DNA from: Candidatus Stammera capleta
GTDB taxonomy: Bacteria; Pseudomonadota; Gammaproteobacteria; Enterobacterales; Enterobacteriaceae
Reading direction: 5' to 3'
Assembly: GCA_036689265.1 (NCBI GenBank)
Contig: CP144777.1
Span: 22,196-86,195 of the forward strand
Length of the DNA: 64,000 nt
Under the pieces are notes generated by a model that was not told the origin of the DNA, did not search any database, and saw only the letters and a list, made by a program, of their open reading frames with translations. Positions 44,885 to 54,498 of this stretch are shown in pieces (the first letter of the stretch is position 1; every line of letters begins with the position of its first letter). The position numbers were made by a program, and so were the translations under genes.

Positions 44885-45977
44885 TAGGTATAGATTTATA
44901 TATTTCTCCTCCTCCTAAACATATATTTTTTATATAAAATACAGCTGATTGTCCTGGTGTAACTGCAAAAATTGGAATTTTAAAAATAATTTTAAATATA
45001 TTTTTTTTTGCAAATAATGTACATGATAATTCTTTTTGTTGATATCTGGTTTTTATTTTACATTTAAAAGGTATATCTATTTTTTTTTTGTATATAAAAT
45101 GTATTTTTTTTAAAAAAAGCCCCTTAGAAAATAATAATTTATTGTTTTTACCTTTAGCAACTATTAAGGTATTTTTTTTTAAGTTTTTTTTTATTACATA
45201 ATATGGTATTTTATAACCTCCACCTAAATTTAAATTTTTTCTTTGTCCTATTGTATAGAAAAATAAACCTGGATGTTTACCTAATATTTTATTATTAGTA
45301 TTTAATATTAATCCTGGTTTATTTTTTATATATTTTCCAATAAAATGAAAAAAATTTTTTTTTCCTATAAAACATATTCCTGTAGAATCTTTTTTTTTAG
45401 AGTTAATTAGGTTTATGTTTGATGCTATTTTTCTTATTGTTTTTTTTTTGAATTTTCCTATAGGAAAAATACATTTTTTTAGTTGTTTTTGGTTTATTAA
45501 ATGTAAAAAGTAGCTTTGATCTTTTTTTTTGTCTTTTCCTTTTAATAAAATATAATTATTTTTTTTAATTCTTTGTTTGTTAACGTAATGTCCTGTTGAT
45601 AAAAAATCTCCTTTTAATATTTTTATTGCAAATTTAAAAAAAATATCGAATTTTATTTTTTTATTACATAGAATATCTGGATTTGGTGTTTTTGATTTTT
45701 TTAATTTATTTAAGAAAGTTAAAAATACATTATACCAGTATTCATTTGAAAAATTTATTTTTATTAATTTTATTTTTAGGTGTTTGCATATTTTTACGCA
45801 ATCTTTGTAATCTTTTTTTGAATTACAAAATGTTTTTTTATCATCATTTTCCCAGCTTTTTATAAAAACACATTTTATATTATATCCTAATATTTTTAAT
45901 ATCCATGCTGATACTGCTGAGTCTACTCCTCCTGATAATCCTAAAATTACTTTGTATGTTTTTATAATTTTTTTCAT
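44859..45977 (-). CDS. mnmA: tRNA-specific 2-thiouridylase MnmA
   Basis: 372-aa ORF. PP-loop VILGLSGGVDSAVSAWIL, then SWENDD, TPNPDILCNKKIKF, HYV, KDQSYFL, DSTGICFIG and GQSAVFY. Colinear with MnmA (TrmU). The 3' end overlaps the glyS 3' end by 26 nt (convergent). Confidence 0.93.
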   Translation of the reverse strand: MKKIIKTYKVILGLSGGVDSAVSAWILKILGYNIKCVFIKSWENDDKKTFCNSKKDYKDCVKICKHLKIKLIKINFSNEYWYNVFLTFLNKLKKSKTPNPDILCNKKIKFDIFFKFAIKILKGDFLSTGHYVNKQRIKKNNYILLKGKDKKKDQSYFLHLINQKQLKKCIFPIGKFKKKTIRKIASNINLINSKKKDSTGICFIGKKNFFHFIGKYIKNKPGLILNTNNKILGKHPGLFFYTIGQRKNLNLGGGYKIPYYVIKKNLKKNTLIVAKGKNNKLLFSKGLFLKKIHFIYKKKIDIPFKCKIKTRYQQKELSCTLFAKKNIFKIIFKIPIFAVTPGQSAVFYIKNICLGGGEIYKSIPINKIQKNQ

Positions 45978-45978
45978 T

Positions 45979-46831
45979 TTATATATTTGTTTTATAGTAA
46001 GAAGATCTAATTAATGATCCTGAATATACGAATTTAAAACCTATTTTTTTTGCTTTTTTTTCTAAGTATTTAAATTCTTTTTTAGTTAAGTATTTTTTTG
46101 GTTTAAAATGGTTTTTTGTTGGTGGTAAGTATTGACCCATTGTTATTATGTTAACTTTTATTTTTTTTAATTTTTTAAATAGTTTTATAATTTCTTTTTT
46201 TTTTTCTCCTAAACCTAACATTATTCCTGATTTAGTAATTATTTTTGGGTTTTTTTGTTTAATTTTTTTTAATAAATTTATTGAAGATTTAAAATTAGAT
46301 TTTGGTTTTATTATATGATGTAATCTTTTTATTGTTTCTAAATTGTGATTAAATATAAATGGAGGATTTTTAGAAAATATTTTTATAGCTAGTTTTGTGT
46401 TTTTTTTGAAATCAGGAACTAGTATTTCTATTTTTGTTTTTGGTGATTTTTTTTTAATTTCTTTTATACATTTATTATAATAATAAATACCGTTATCTTT
46501 TAAATCATCTCTTGTTACTGATGTTATAATTATATATTTTAATTTCATATATATTATTGTTTTTATTATTTTTTTTAATTCTTTTGTATTTTTTTTTTTT
46601 TTTAGGTTTTCCTTTTTTTATGTTACAAAATGGACATTTTCTAGTGCAAATTGTTCCTAAAATCATAAAAGCTGCTTTTTTTTTATTAAAGCATTTATAT
46701 ATGTTTGGACAAGATAATTTTTTACATATAGTTTTTAAATTTTTTTTATGTAAATATTTTGAAAAAAAAATATTTTTATATAAATTTTTAGGTAATTTTA
46801 TTTGTATTTTTTTATTTGATATTTTTTTCAT
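45979..46831 (-). pseudogene. lipA: lipoyl synthase LipA, interrupted by a one-base frameshift in a poly(A) run (recent pseudogene or slippage-rescued gene)
   Basis: Two overlapping track ORFs in different frames (46505..46831 and 45979..46548). The total span of 853 nt leaves a remainder of 1 when divided by 3. The N-terminal part carries ICKKLSCPNIYKC and the radical-SAM CTRKCPFC. The C-terminal part carries YIIITSVTRDDL, FNHNLET, SGIMLGLGE and LIRSSY. The frames switch at the KKKKK-coding A run. Confidence 0.85.
46589..46603 (-). repeat. poly(A) homopolymer (about 15 nt in mRNA sense) at the lipA frameshift site
   Basis: A plus-strand T run spans the end of block 46581-46590, all of 46591-46600 and the start of 46601-46610. 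The count is by eye and may be off by one. Confidence 0.8.
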
Positions 46832-46841
46832 ATTTTTATAG

Positions 46842-47453
46842 TTAATTATTGTAAAAAAAAATAAAATTTTTAATAATTAAATTATTTAAATAAATATATT
46901 TTTTTATTTTTTGAAAAGTTTTAAATTTATTTAAATTTGTTATTTTTATTTTTTTATTTCCGCATGGATTTATATAATTAAAATATTTTAAATTAGTTGA
47001 AATATTTATTGAAAATCCATGCATAGAATATCCATTTTTTATTTTTATTCCTATAAAACAAACTTTGTGTTTTTTAATATAAATTCCAGGTGATTTTTTT
47101 TTTGTGTATGCATTTATATTATAAGTTTTTAATGTTTTTATAATAGTATTATGAATAATGTTTATTAGTTGTTTTATATAAATATTTTTTTTTTTAATAT
47201 TTAATAGTATATAAAATATTTTTTGTCCAGGTCCATGATATGTAATTTTTCCTCCTCTATCACTTTTATATACAGGTATGTTTTTTATATATTTTTTTTT
47301 TATTTGTTTTTGTGTTTTTCCAAGAACATATGTAGAATAATGTTCTAGTATCCATATTTCATCTTTAGTTGTTTTTTTTGCTTTATTTATAAATATTTCC
47401 ATTTTTTTATTTGTTTCTTTCCATTTTTTTAATCCTAATTTTTTTATAATCAT
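46842..47453 (-). CDS. lipB: octanoyltransferase LipB
   Basis: 203-aa ORF. WILEHYSTYVLG, DRGGKITYHGPGQ (E. coli RGGQVTYHGPGQ) and KVCFIGIKI, which contains the catalytic Cys/Lys region. Adjacent to lipA as in E. coli. Confidence 0.92.
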   Translation of the reverse strand: MIIKKLGLKKWKETNKKMEIFINKAKKTTKDEIWILEHYSTYVLGKTQKQIKKKYIKNIPVYKSDRGGKITYHGPGQKIFYILLNIKKKNIYIKQLINIIHNTIIKTLKTYNINAYTKKKSPGIYIKKHKVCFIGIKIKNGYSMHGFSINISTNLKYFNYINPCGNKKIKITNLNKFKTFQKIKKYIYLNNLIIKNFIFFYNN

Positions 47454-47482
47454 ATTTAATTTTTTATTAATAATAAAAATTT

Positions 47483-48643
47483 TTATATTTTTGATTTTAT
47501 AAATTTTATTAATGATTTTATTAAATTAATTTTTTTAATTTCTATCAAAGATACTAATGGATAATTTTTTATTATTTTTTTATTTTTTGTTAATAAATAT
47601 AATTTACCTATAGTTTGGTATTTTTTTATAGGTGCTAATATTTTTTTAACTTGATATTTATAGTTTATTTTAATAAATTTATATTTTTTTTTTTTTGGTA
47701 AAGTTATATATATATTTTGAATTGTTCCTAAAGGTATTTTATTTTTATTTCCAAACCATATTTTTTCATATTTTATTATATGTTTTTTTTTAATAATTTT
47801 TTTTGTAAAAAAATTATTAAAACCCCAATGTAATATAATTTTATTGTCTTGTTCTCTATTAAAAGATGATTCAGCTCCTAATGTTACTAATATTAATCTT
47901 GTTTTTTTTTTTGTTGATGATGTTATAAAATTAAAACCTGCTATATCTGTATGACCTGTTTTAATGCCATCTATTTTTAAATTTTTTTTCCATAATAATT
48001 TGTTTCTATTTTTTTGTTTTATTTTATTAAAAGTAAATTCTTTTTGTTTATATATTTTATATTCTATTGGCAAATTTTTTATTAACAATCTACTTAAAAT
48101 GGACATATCTTTTGCTGTTGTATATTGATTTTCTATATCTAAACCATGTACTGATTTAAAATTTGTATTTTTTAATTTCATTTTTTTTGCATATTTATTC
48201 ATTAGTATAATAAAATTATTTTCATTTTCAGTTATATATTTAGCAATTATAATACAGGCATCATTTCCTGATTGAATTATTATTCCTTTATTTAGGTCTT
48301 TTATTTTTATTTTATTTCCTATATTTAAGAATGTTAATGATGAATTTTTAAATTTATAATCATTTTTATCGTATATAATTTCTTTTATTGTTATTATATT
48401 GTTTATATTTATTAAATTTGATTTAATTAATTTTCCTAAAATGTAACTTGTCATTATTTTAGTTAAACTTGCTGGAGCTAATTTTATGTTTGGATTTTTT
48501 TGTGTTAAGATTTTTCCTGAATTGTATTCAATTAAAATATATGCTTTAGAGTTTATGTTTTTGAATTCTGTTTTAGAATGTATATTTAGATTTATAAATA
48601 TTTGTAAAATAATTATATATTTTTTAATTATATTTAATTTCAT
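47483..48643 (-). CDS. dacA: D-alanyl-D-alanine carboxypeptidase (PBP5/6 class)
   Basis: 386-aa ORF with the three penicillin-binding motifs PASLTKIMTSY (SxxK), QSGNDA (SxN) and KTGHT (KTG). Has an N-terminal signal-like segment. Syntenic with E. coli lipB, dacA, mrdB, mrdA. Confidence 0.92.
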   Translation of the reverse strand: MKLNIIKKYIIILQIFINLNIHSKTEFKNINSKAYILIEYNSGKILTQKNPNIKLAPASLTKIMTSYILGKLIKSNLININNIITIKEIIYDKNDYKFKNSSLTFLNIGNKIKIKDLNKGIIIQSGNDACIIIAKYITENENNFIILMNKYAKKMKLKNTNFKSVHGLDIENQYTTAKDMSILSRLLIKNLPIEYKIYKQKEFTFNKIKQKNRNKLLWKKNLKIDGIKTGHTDIAGFNFITSSTKKKTRLILVTLGAESSFNREQDNKIILHWGFNNFFTKKIIKKKHIIKYEKIWFGNKNKIPLGTIQNIYITLPKKKKYKFIKINYKYQVKKILAPIKKYQTIGKLYLLTKNKKIIKNYPLVSLIEIKKINLIKSLIKFIKSKI

Positions 48644-49746
48644 TTTTTAAATTTTTGGATATTTTTTTGTATTTTTTTATTTTTTATAGACATTATAATT
48701 CCAAATATAAGCATATTACTTATTAAAGATGATCCGCCGTAACTAATAAAAGGTAATGTTATTCCTACTACTGGTAGTAAACCATTAACCATTGAAATAT
48801 TAATAAATATATGTAAGAAAAAATTTATTATTAAACTTAAACCTAGTTCTTTTTCAAATCTATTTTTTGTGTTTTTAATAATATTTAAACTTCTGTATAT
48901 TAATAAAATATATGTTAATAATAAAATATATATTCCTATTAAACCTGTTTCTTCTGCAATTACTGCAAATATGAAATCTGTTTTTTTTTCAGGAATAAAA
49001 TTTAATTTTGATTGAGTATTTTTATAATTAAATTTTCCATATAATCCTCCTGATCCTATAGCTGTTTTAGATTGTATTAAGTGGTATTTTTTATTTATTA
49101 GTTGTTTTTTTTTATTAAATAATATAAGTATTCTTTCTTTTTGATAATCATGTAAAATAAATTTCCATATTGGTGGAATTAATGTACATGTTATTATTAT
49201 TAATAGTATAATAGTATTTTTTTTTAATTTTTTAATAATTAATATAGTTATACCAGATATTAATATTAAAATAGATGTTCCTAAGTCTGGTTGTATTAAT
49301 ACTAATATGCTAGGTATAAGTATACTAATTATGGATATTAATATTAATATATTATATTTAAAGTAATTTTGATTTGTTATTTTTGATATAGTTATTGGCA
49401 GTATTATTTTTATTATTTCTGATGGTTGGAATTGAATTAAACCTATGTTTATCCACCTTTGAGCTCCTTTATTTATGTGTCCGAATATATTTACTAAAAT
49501 TAATGTTAGATTACATATAATATATAATATATATATATATTTTTCGTAAAAATATGTATTTATTTGTGATGTTATTAAGAGTATAAATATACTTATTAAT
49601 ATGTGTATTAATCTATGATATATTAGGTTAGTATTTTTTTCACTAGTATTCCATAATATTAATAAACTATATGTAGATAATATTAGTAAATATGTTATTA
49701 ATATTAAATCTGTTTTAGAAATAAAAATAATAATTTTTTTTAACAT
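48640..49746 (-). CDS. rodA: peptidoglycan glycosyltransferase RodA (SEDS family)
   Basis: 368-aa polytopic membrane ORF. QRWINIGLIQFQPSEIIKI, DLGTSILI, TDFIFAVIAEETGLIG and LPFISYGGSSL are SEDS/RodA blocks. Overlaps the dacA start by 4 nt. Confidence 0.93.
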   Translation of the reverse strand: MLKKIIIFISKTDLILITYLLILSTYSLLILWNTSEKNTNLIYHRLIHILISIFILLITSQINTYFYEKYIYILYIICNLTLILVNIFGHINKGAQRWINIGLIQFQPSEIIKIILPITISKITNQNYFKYNILILISIISILIPSILVLIQPDLGTSILILISGITILIIKKLKKNTIILLIIITCTLIPPIWKFILHDYQKERILILFNKKKQLINKKYHLIQSKTAIGSGGLYGKFNYKNTQSKLNFIPEKKTDFIFAVIAEETGLIGIYILLLTYILLIYRSLNIIKNTKNRFEKELGLSLIINFFLHIFINISMVNGLLPVVGITLPFISYGGSSLISNMLIFGIIMSIKNKKIQKNIQKFKK

Positions 49747-49761
49747 AACGATTTTTATTGA

Positions 49762-51571
49762 TTAAAATATTTTTTTTAATATAATAAAATCTGTTATTTT
49801 TCTCATAATATCTCCTATTTTAATGTTGCCTCCTCCGTGTTCTAAAATAATGGTTATAGCTATTTTTGGTTTTTCATATGGCAAAAAAGCGTTCATTAAT
49901 GTATGATCAGTTAAATTTTTTTGTAAATTTATGTTTTCTTTGTTTTTGTTTTGTAATGAAAATAGTTGAGCTGTTCCTGATTTTACCGCTATTTTATAAT
50001 TTAAATTTTTAAAATTTTTATATGCTGTTCCATTTTTTTTAAAAGCAACTCCGTACATTCCAAATTTTATTATATTTAAGTATTTTTTTTTGATGTTTTT
50101 TAAAGAAATATTTTTATTTTTAATAAAAATAAAATTTTCTTTTTTTATTTTTTTAAGTATTTGAGGATTGTTACTTATTCCGTTTTTTATAAATGTTATG
50201 AAAGATTTATTCATTTGAATAGGAGTTATAGCCCAATATCCTTGTCCAATTCCTATTGATATTGTATCTCCTATATACCATGGATTTTTGAATTTATTAA
50301 TTTTCCATTTTTTTGTTGGTAGTAATCCTTGATTTTCTTTAGGTAGGTCTATTCCTGTATTTAAACCATATCCAAATTTTTTCATCCATTTTATTATATT
50401 GTTTATACCTTCTTTATATGAAATTATATAATAATATATGTCTGATGATTCTTCTATAGATTTTATTATATTTAAAAATCCATGGCCTTGTTTTTTCCAA
50501 TCGTAGAATTTTTTTTTTGTATTTGGTATTATCCACCATCCTTTATCATAAATAGTAAATTGTTTTTTTATAATTTTTTCTTGTAAAGCTGATATTGCTA
50601 TATATGGTTTTATTGTTGAAGCTGGTGGATATATTCCTTGAATAATTTTATTAAAAAAAATATTATAATTTGATATATTATTTAAGTAATTAAAAGATAA
50701 TCCTTTAATAAAATTATTATTATTGAAACTTGGTGTTGATACTAATGATAATATTTCCCCATTATCAATATTTGATATTATTATTGTTGATGATATTTTT
50801 TCTATTAATTTAAAAATAAATTCTTGTAATTTTATATCTATTGTTAAATTTATATTTGAACCTGGTATTGATTTTTTTATTTTTTTAATGTTTATTATTT
50901 TTAATTTATTATCTATAAATATTTTTTTAAAACCATATTTTCCATTAATTATATTATTGTAGTAGGTTTCTATACCTGATATTCCAATATTGTTTATATT
51001 TTTTGTTATAAGTAATTTGTTTATTTTTATTTTTTTTGTGTTGTTTATAATATAACCAATTATTGGTGATATTATTTTTCCGTAAGGATAATATCTGTAT
51101 TTATTTTCTTTTAGGTAAAAATTAGGAAAAAAAATTTTATTTAAAATAAAATTATTTATTTCTTTTAAATTTAAATTTTTTTTTAATATAATAATTTTAT
51201 TTTTTTTGAATTTATTTACATTATTTAAAAATGTATTTATTATTTTATTGTTTAAAATAAAATATTTTTCCAATTTTTTTATTAAAAAATCAGTGTTTTT
51301 TATTTTAGAATTTAAAAATTCTAAATTATATGAATTATAATTTAGTGCTAATGGTATGTTATTTTTGTCAAAAATTAATCCTCTTGATGGTATTATTGGT
51401 ATAATTTTGGTATAATTTTTTTCTGATAGTTTATATTGTTTTTTATAATTATTGATTTGTAAATTATATGTATTTATTATTATAAAATTTAATAAAATTA
51501 TTATTATTGAAATGAAATATAGGAGATTTTTTTTTTTTTGTTTTTATTCTTTTTATTTTGTTTGGTTTCAT
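49762..51571 (-). CDS. mrdA: peptidoglycan D,D-transpeptidase MrdA (PBP2), with its 5' end out of frame at a poly(A) run
   Basis: Track ORF 49762..51273 (TTG-initiated) carries YRYYPYG, PASTIKPY (SxxK), ESSDIYYY (SxD) and KSGTAQ (KSG). The same frame stays open upstream to about 51543. There it encodes a TM anchor (LLYFISIIIILLNFIII) and IPIIPSRGLIFDKNNIPLA (E. coli VPIAPSRGIIYDRNGIPLA), but it contains no ATG, GTG or TTG. The only ATG (51569-51571, MKPNKIKRIKTKKKK) is one base out of frame across a run of about 13 A. The span of 1810 nt leaves a remainder of 1 when divided by 3. Confidence 0.85.
51527..51539 (-). repeat. poly(A) homopolymer (about 13 nt in mRNA sense) at the mrdA 5' frameshift site
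   Basis: Plus-strand T run from 51527 to 51539, followed by g at 51540. The count is by eye and may be off by one. The track supports the frame discontinuity, because the ORF does not extend to the ATG at 51571. Confidence 0.75.
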
Positions 51572-51722
51572 GTTATTATTTAGTTTTGTGTGATGTTTTA
51601 TTATCTTTAATGTTTATTATTTTAAATTTAATAAAATTATTATTATTAATAATATTATATATATTTTTTTTATAAAATAAATAAAATATTATTTTAGTAA
51701 ATAATTTTTATGTATATATTTT

Positions 51723-53363
51723 ATGTTAAATGTTAATCCTTTAAATACTAATAGTTGGAAAATGTTAAAAGAACATTTTTCATGTATGAAAAATGTTAAA
51801 ATTACAGATTTATTTTTAAATAATAAATTTAGATTTAGAGATTTATCTTTTAATTTTAAAGATAAAATATTAATTGATTGTTCTAAAAATATTATTACTT
51901 TAAATACAATAAAGTTATTTGTTAATTTATTAAAGGAAATTAATTTTTCTAATTATTTAAAATCTATGTTGTTAGGTAGTAAAATAAATGTTACTGAAAA
52001 TAGATCTGTATTACATGTAGCTTTACGTGATAGAAGGGATATTTTTTTTAATAAAAATAACAATTTTTTATCTATAAAAAATGATGTTAATAAAAATTTA
52101 AAAAAAATGAAGTTATTTACTAAATTAATTTTGGAAGGTAAATTTACTGGTTTTACAGGAAAAAAAATAAAAAATATTGTTAATATAGGTATAGGAGGTT
52201 CTGATTTAGGTTCTAAAATGGTTATTAATTCTTTAAATAGATATAAAAATAATTTGAATATTTATTTTGTATCTAATATAGATATTTATTGTTTAAGAAA
52301 TATTTTAAAAAAAATTAATATAGAATGTACTTTATTTATAATTTGTTCAAAAACATTTACTACTTTAGAGACTATATCAAATGCTGAAATAATTAAGAAA
52401 ATTGTTATTGATTTTTATGGAGGTAAAAGTATTTCTATTGAAAAACATTTTATAGCTGTTACAAATAATGTAAAAAAAGCGGAAGAGTTTGGGATAAGTT
52501 TAGAAAATATTTTTATGATATTTGATTGGACTGGTGGTCGTTTTTCTTTATGTTCTTCTGTGGGATTAACTATTTGTTTATCTATAGGATTTGATAATTT
52601 TTTAAAAATGTTAGATGGATTTCATGATATGGACTTACATTTTTTTAATTGTGAGTATCATAAAAATATCCCAATTATTTTAGCAATGATAAGTATTTGG
52701 TATATTAATTTTTTTAGGTTTGATGTTGAATCAGTTTTGGTTTATAAACAAAATTTGTTGTATTTTCCTTTGTATTTGCAACAATTAATAATGGAATCTA
52801 ATGGTAAATGTGTAGATAGAAATGGTAATTTTATTACTGATTATTGTACGTCTTCAGTTATTTTTGGTGGTGTTGGAACAGATGTACAACATTCTTTTTT
52901 TCAATATTTGCATCAAGGAACAAAATGTATACCATGCGATTTTATTGCTGAAATATATTCTGATGAAAATATAAATAATTCTCATTTAAAATTAATGTCT
53001 AATTTTTTTGCACAAACACATACATTGGCTTTTGGTGATAAAAGGTTACATAATTCTAATTATGTTGATAAAAATAATTTTGTAAATAAGTTTAATGTAT
53101 TTAAGGGTAATAAACCAAGTAATTCTATTTTAATAAATAAAATAACCCCATATACATTAGGATCTATTATTTCTTTGTATGAACATAAGGTATTTACTCA
53201 AGGCATTATTTTAAATATTTTTAGTTTTGATCAATGGGGTGTTGAGTTAGGGAAAAAAATATCCTCTTTTATTTTTACAAATTTATTATATAAAACAAAT
53301 TCGAATTTAGATAAATCAACCGATTCTTTAGTTTCTTATTTTAATGATAATTACAATAATTAA
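51723..53363 (+). CDS. pgi: glucose-6-phosphate isomerase
   Basis: 546-aa ORF. TENRSVLHVALR, IGIGGSDLG, CSKTFTTLET, DWTGGRFSLCSSVGL, ESNGK, GTDVQHSFFQYLHQG and QWGVELGK. Colinear with E. coli Pgi. Confidence 0.96.
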   Translation: MLNVNPLNTNSWKMLKEHFSCMKNVKITDLFLNNKFRFRDLSFNFKDKILIDCSKNIITLNTIKLFVNLLKEINFSNYLKSMLLGSKINVTENRSVLHVALRDRRDIFFNKNNNFLSIKNDVNKNLKKMKLFTKLILEGKFTGFTGKKIKNIVNIGIGGSDLGSKMVINSLNRYKNNLNIYFVSNIDIYCLRNILKKINIECTLFIICSKTFTTLETISNAEIIKKIVIDFYGGKSISIEKHFIAVTNNVKKAEEFGISLENIFMIFDWTGGRFSLCSSVGLTICLSIGFDNFLKMLDGFHDMDLHFFNCEYHKNIPIILAMISIWYINFFRFDVESVLVYKQNLLYFPLYLQQLIMESNGKCVDRNGNFITDYCTSSVIFGGVGTDVQHSFFQYLHQGTKCIPCDFIAEIYSDENINNSHLKLMSNFFAQTHTLAFGDKRLHNSNYVDKNNFVNKFNVFKGNKPSNSILINKITPYTLGSIISLYEHKVFTQGIILNIFSFDQWGVELGKKISSFIFTNLLYKTNSNLDKSTDSLVSYFNDNYNN

Positions 53364-53392
53364 TATTTGTTTAAAGTAGTAAATATAAATCT

Positions 53393-53656
53393 ATGGCAAA
53401 TAAAAAATCTTCAAAGAAAAGAATTTTAACAAATAAGATTAAAAATAGACGAAATGTTAGTAAAAAATCTAAGTTTAAAACTTATGTAAAATTAGTTAAG
53501 TACTATATATCTATAAATAATAAAGATAAATCTATATTTTTTTATAAAAAGTTACAATCTATTTTGGATAATTTAGTTTTAAAAAGAGTAATTCATAAAA
53601 ATAAGTCTTCTAGATGTAAATCTAAGTTAATTAATTTTATAAATAAAATGATTTAA
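53393..53656 (+). CDS. rpsT: 30S ribosomal protein S20
   Basis: 87-aa ORF. [33 protein letters not shown] matches E. coli [45 protein letters not shown] matches IIHKNKAARHKA. Confidence 0.93.
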   Translation: [87 protein letters not shown]

Positions 53657-54498
53657 AATTTAATTAGAGATTTTTGTTTGTATATTTTTTTATTACTCCA
53701 TTTTATTAAACTTAAATGCCCGCCCCAGCAGCATCCTTTATCTATGCAAATTTTTCTTTTTGGTAATATTTCATCTTTTATTGATGCCCAATGACCAAAT
53801 ATTATATTGTAGTTTTTTGGTATATTATTTTTTATTTTGTACCATGGTATAAGTTTTTTTGAAGATTGTTTAGGTGGGTTTTTAAAAAAATAATTTAACA
53901 TTAAATTTTTATTATTATTGTAATAATATCTCATTCTTGTTAGTGAATTTAAAGTAAAAGATAATTTATTAATTAAATTCATTTTTTTTGACCATTTATT
54001 AATGTTATTATTTTCATAAATTTTATTGAAAATAAGTGGGTAATTTTCAATATTTTTAATTAATTTTTGAGTTTTTTTAGTTTCTTTTAGTATAGTTTTT
54101 ATATTCCATTCTATTGGAATTCCTGCATGTACCATTATTATTTTTTTTTTATTACAGATTCTAATTAATTTTTGTTTTTTTATCCAATTAACTATTTTTT
54201 TTGCTTTTTTAGTTTTTAAGAATTTTAAAAATTTTTCATTAAATAAATTATTTGGTATATTTTTATTTTTTAAATAATTGTATTTTAAAAATGCTATATC
54301 ATTATTTCCTAGTACTATTTTTAAACTTTTTTTTATTGAATATAAAAATTTTAAAGTTTTTATTGATTTAGGTCCTCTGAAAATTAAATCTCCTGTAATC
54401 CATAATTTATCTTTTAAATGGTTAAATTTAATTTTTTTTAAAAGTATTTTTAATTCGTCATAACATCCATGTATATCTCCAATTATATATGTACTCAT
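53653..54498 (-). CDS. apaH: bis(5'-nucleosyl)-tetraphosphatase, symmetrical (ApaH)
   Basis: 281-aa ORF. MSTYIIGDIHGCYDELKILLKKIKF (E. coli [25 protein letters not shown]), LWITGDLIFRGP, GNND, VHAG, GHWA. Its stop overlaps the rpsT stop (convergent, 4 nt). Confidence 0.94.
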   Translation of the reverse strand: MSTYIIGDIHGCYDELKILLKKIKFNHLKDKLWITGDLIFRGPKSIKTLKFLYSIKKSLKIVLGNNDIAFLKYNYLKNKNIPNNLFNEKFLKFLKTKKAKKIVNWIKKQKLIRICNKKKIIMVHAGIPIEWNIKTILKETKKTQKLIKNIENYPLIFNKIYENNNINKWSKKMNLINKLSFTLNSLTRMRYYYNNNKNLMLNYFFKNPPKQSSKKLIPWYKIKNNIPKNYNIIFGHWASIKDEILPKRKICIDKGCCWGGHLSLIKWSNKKIYKQKSLIKF

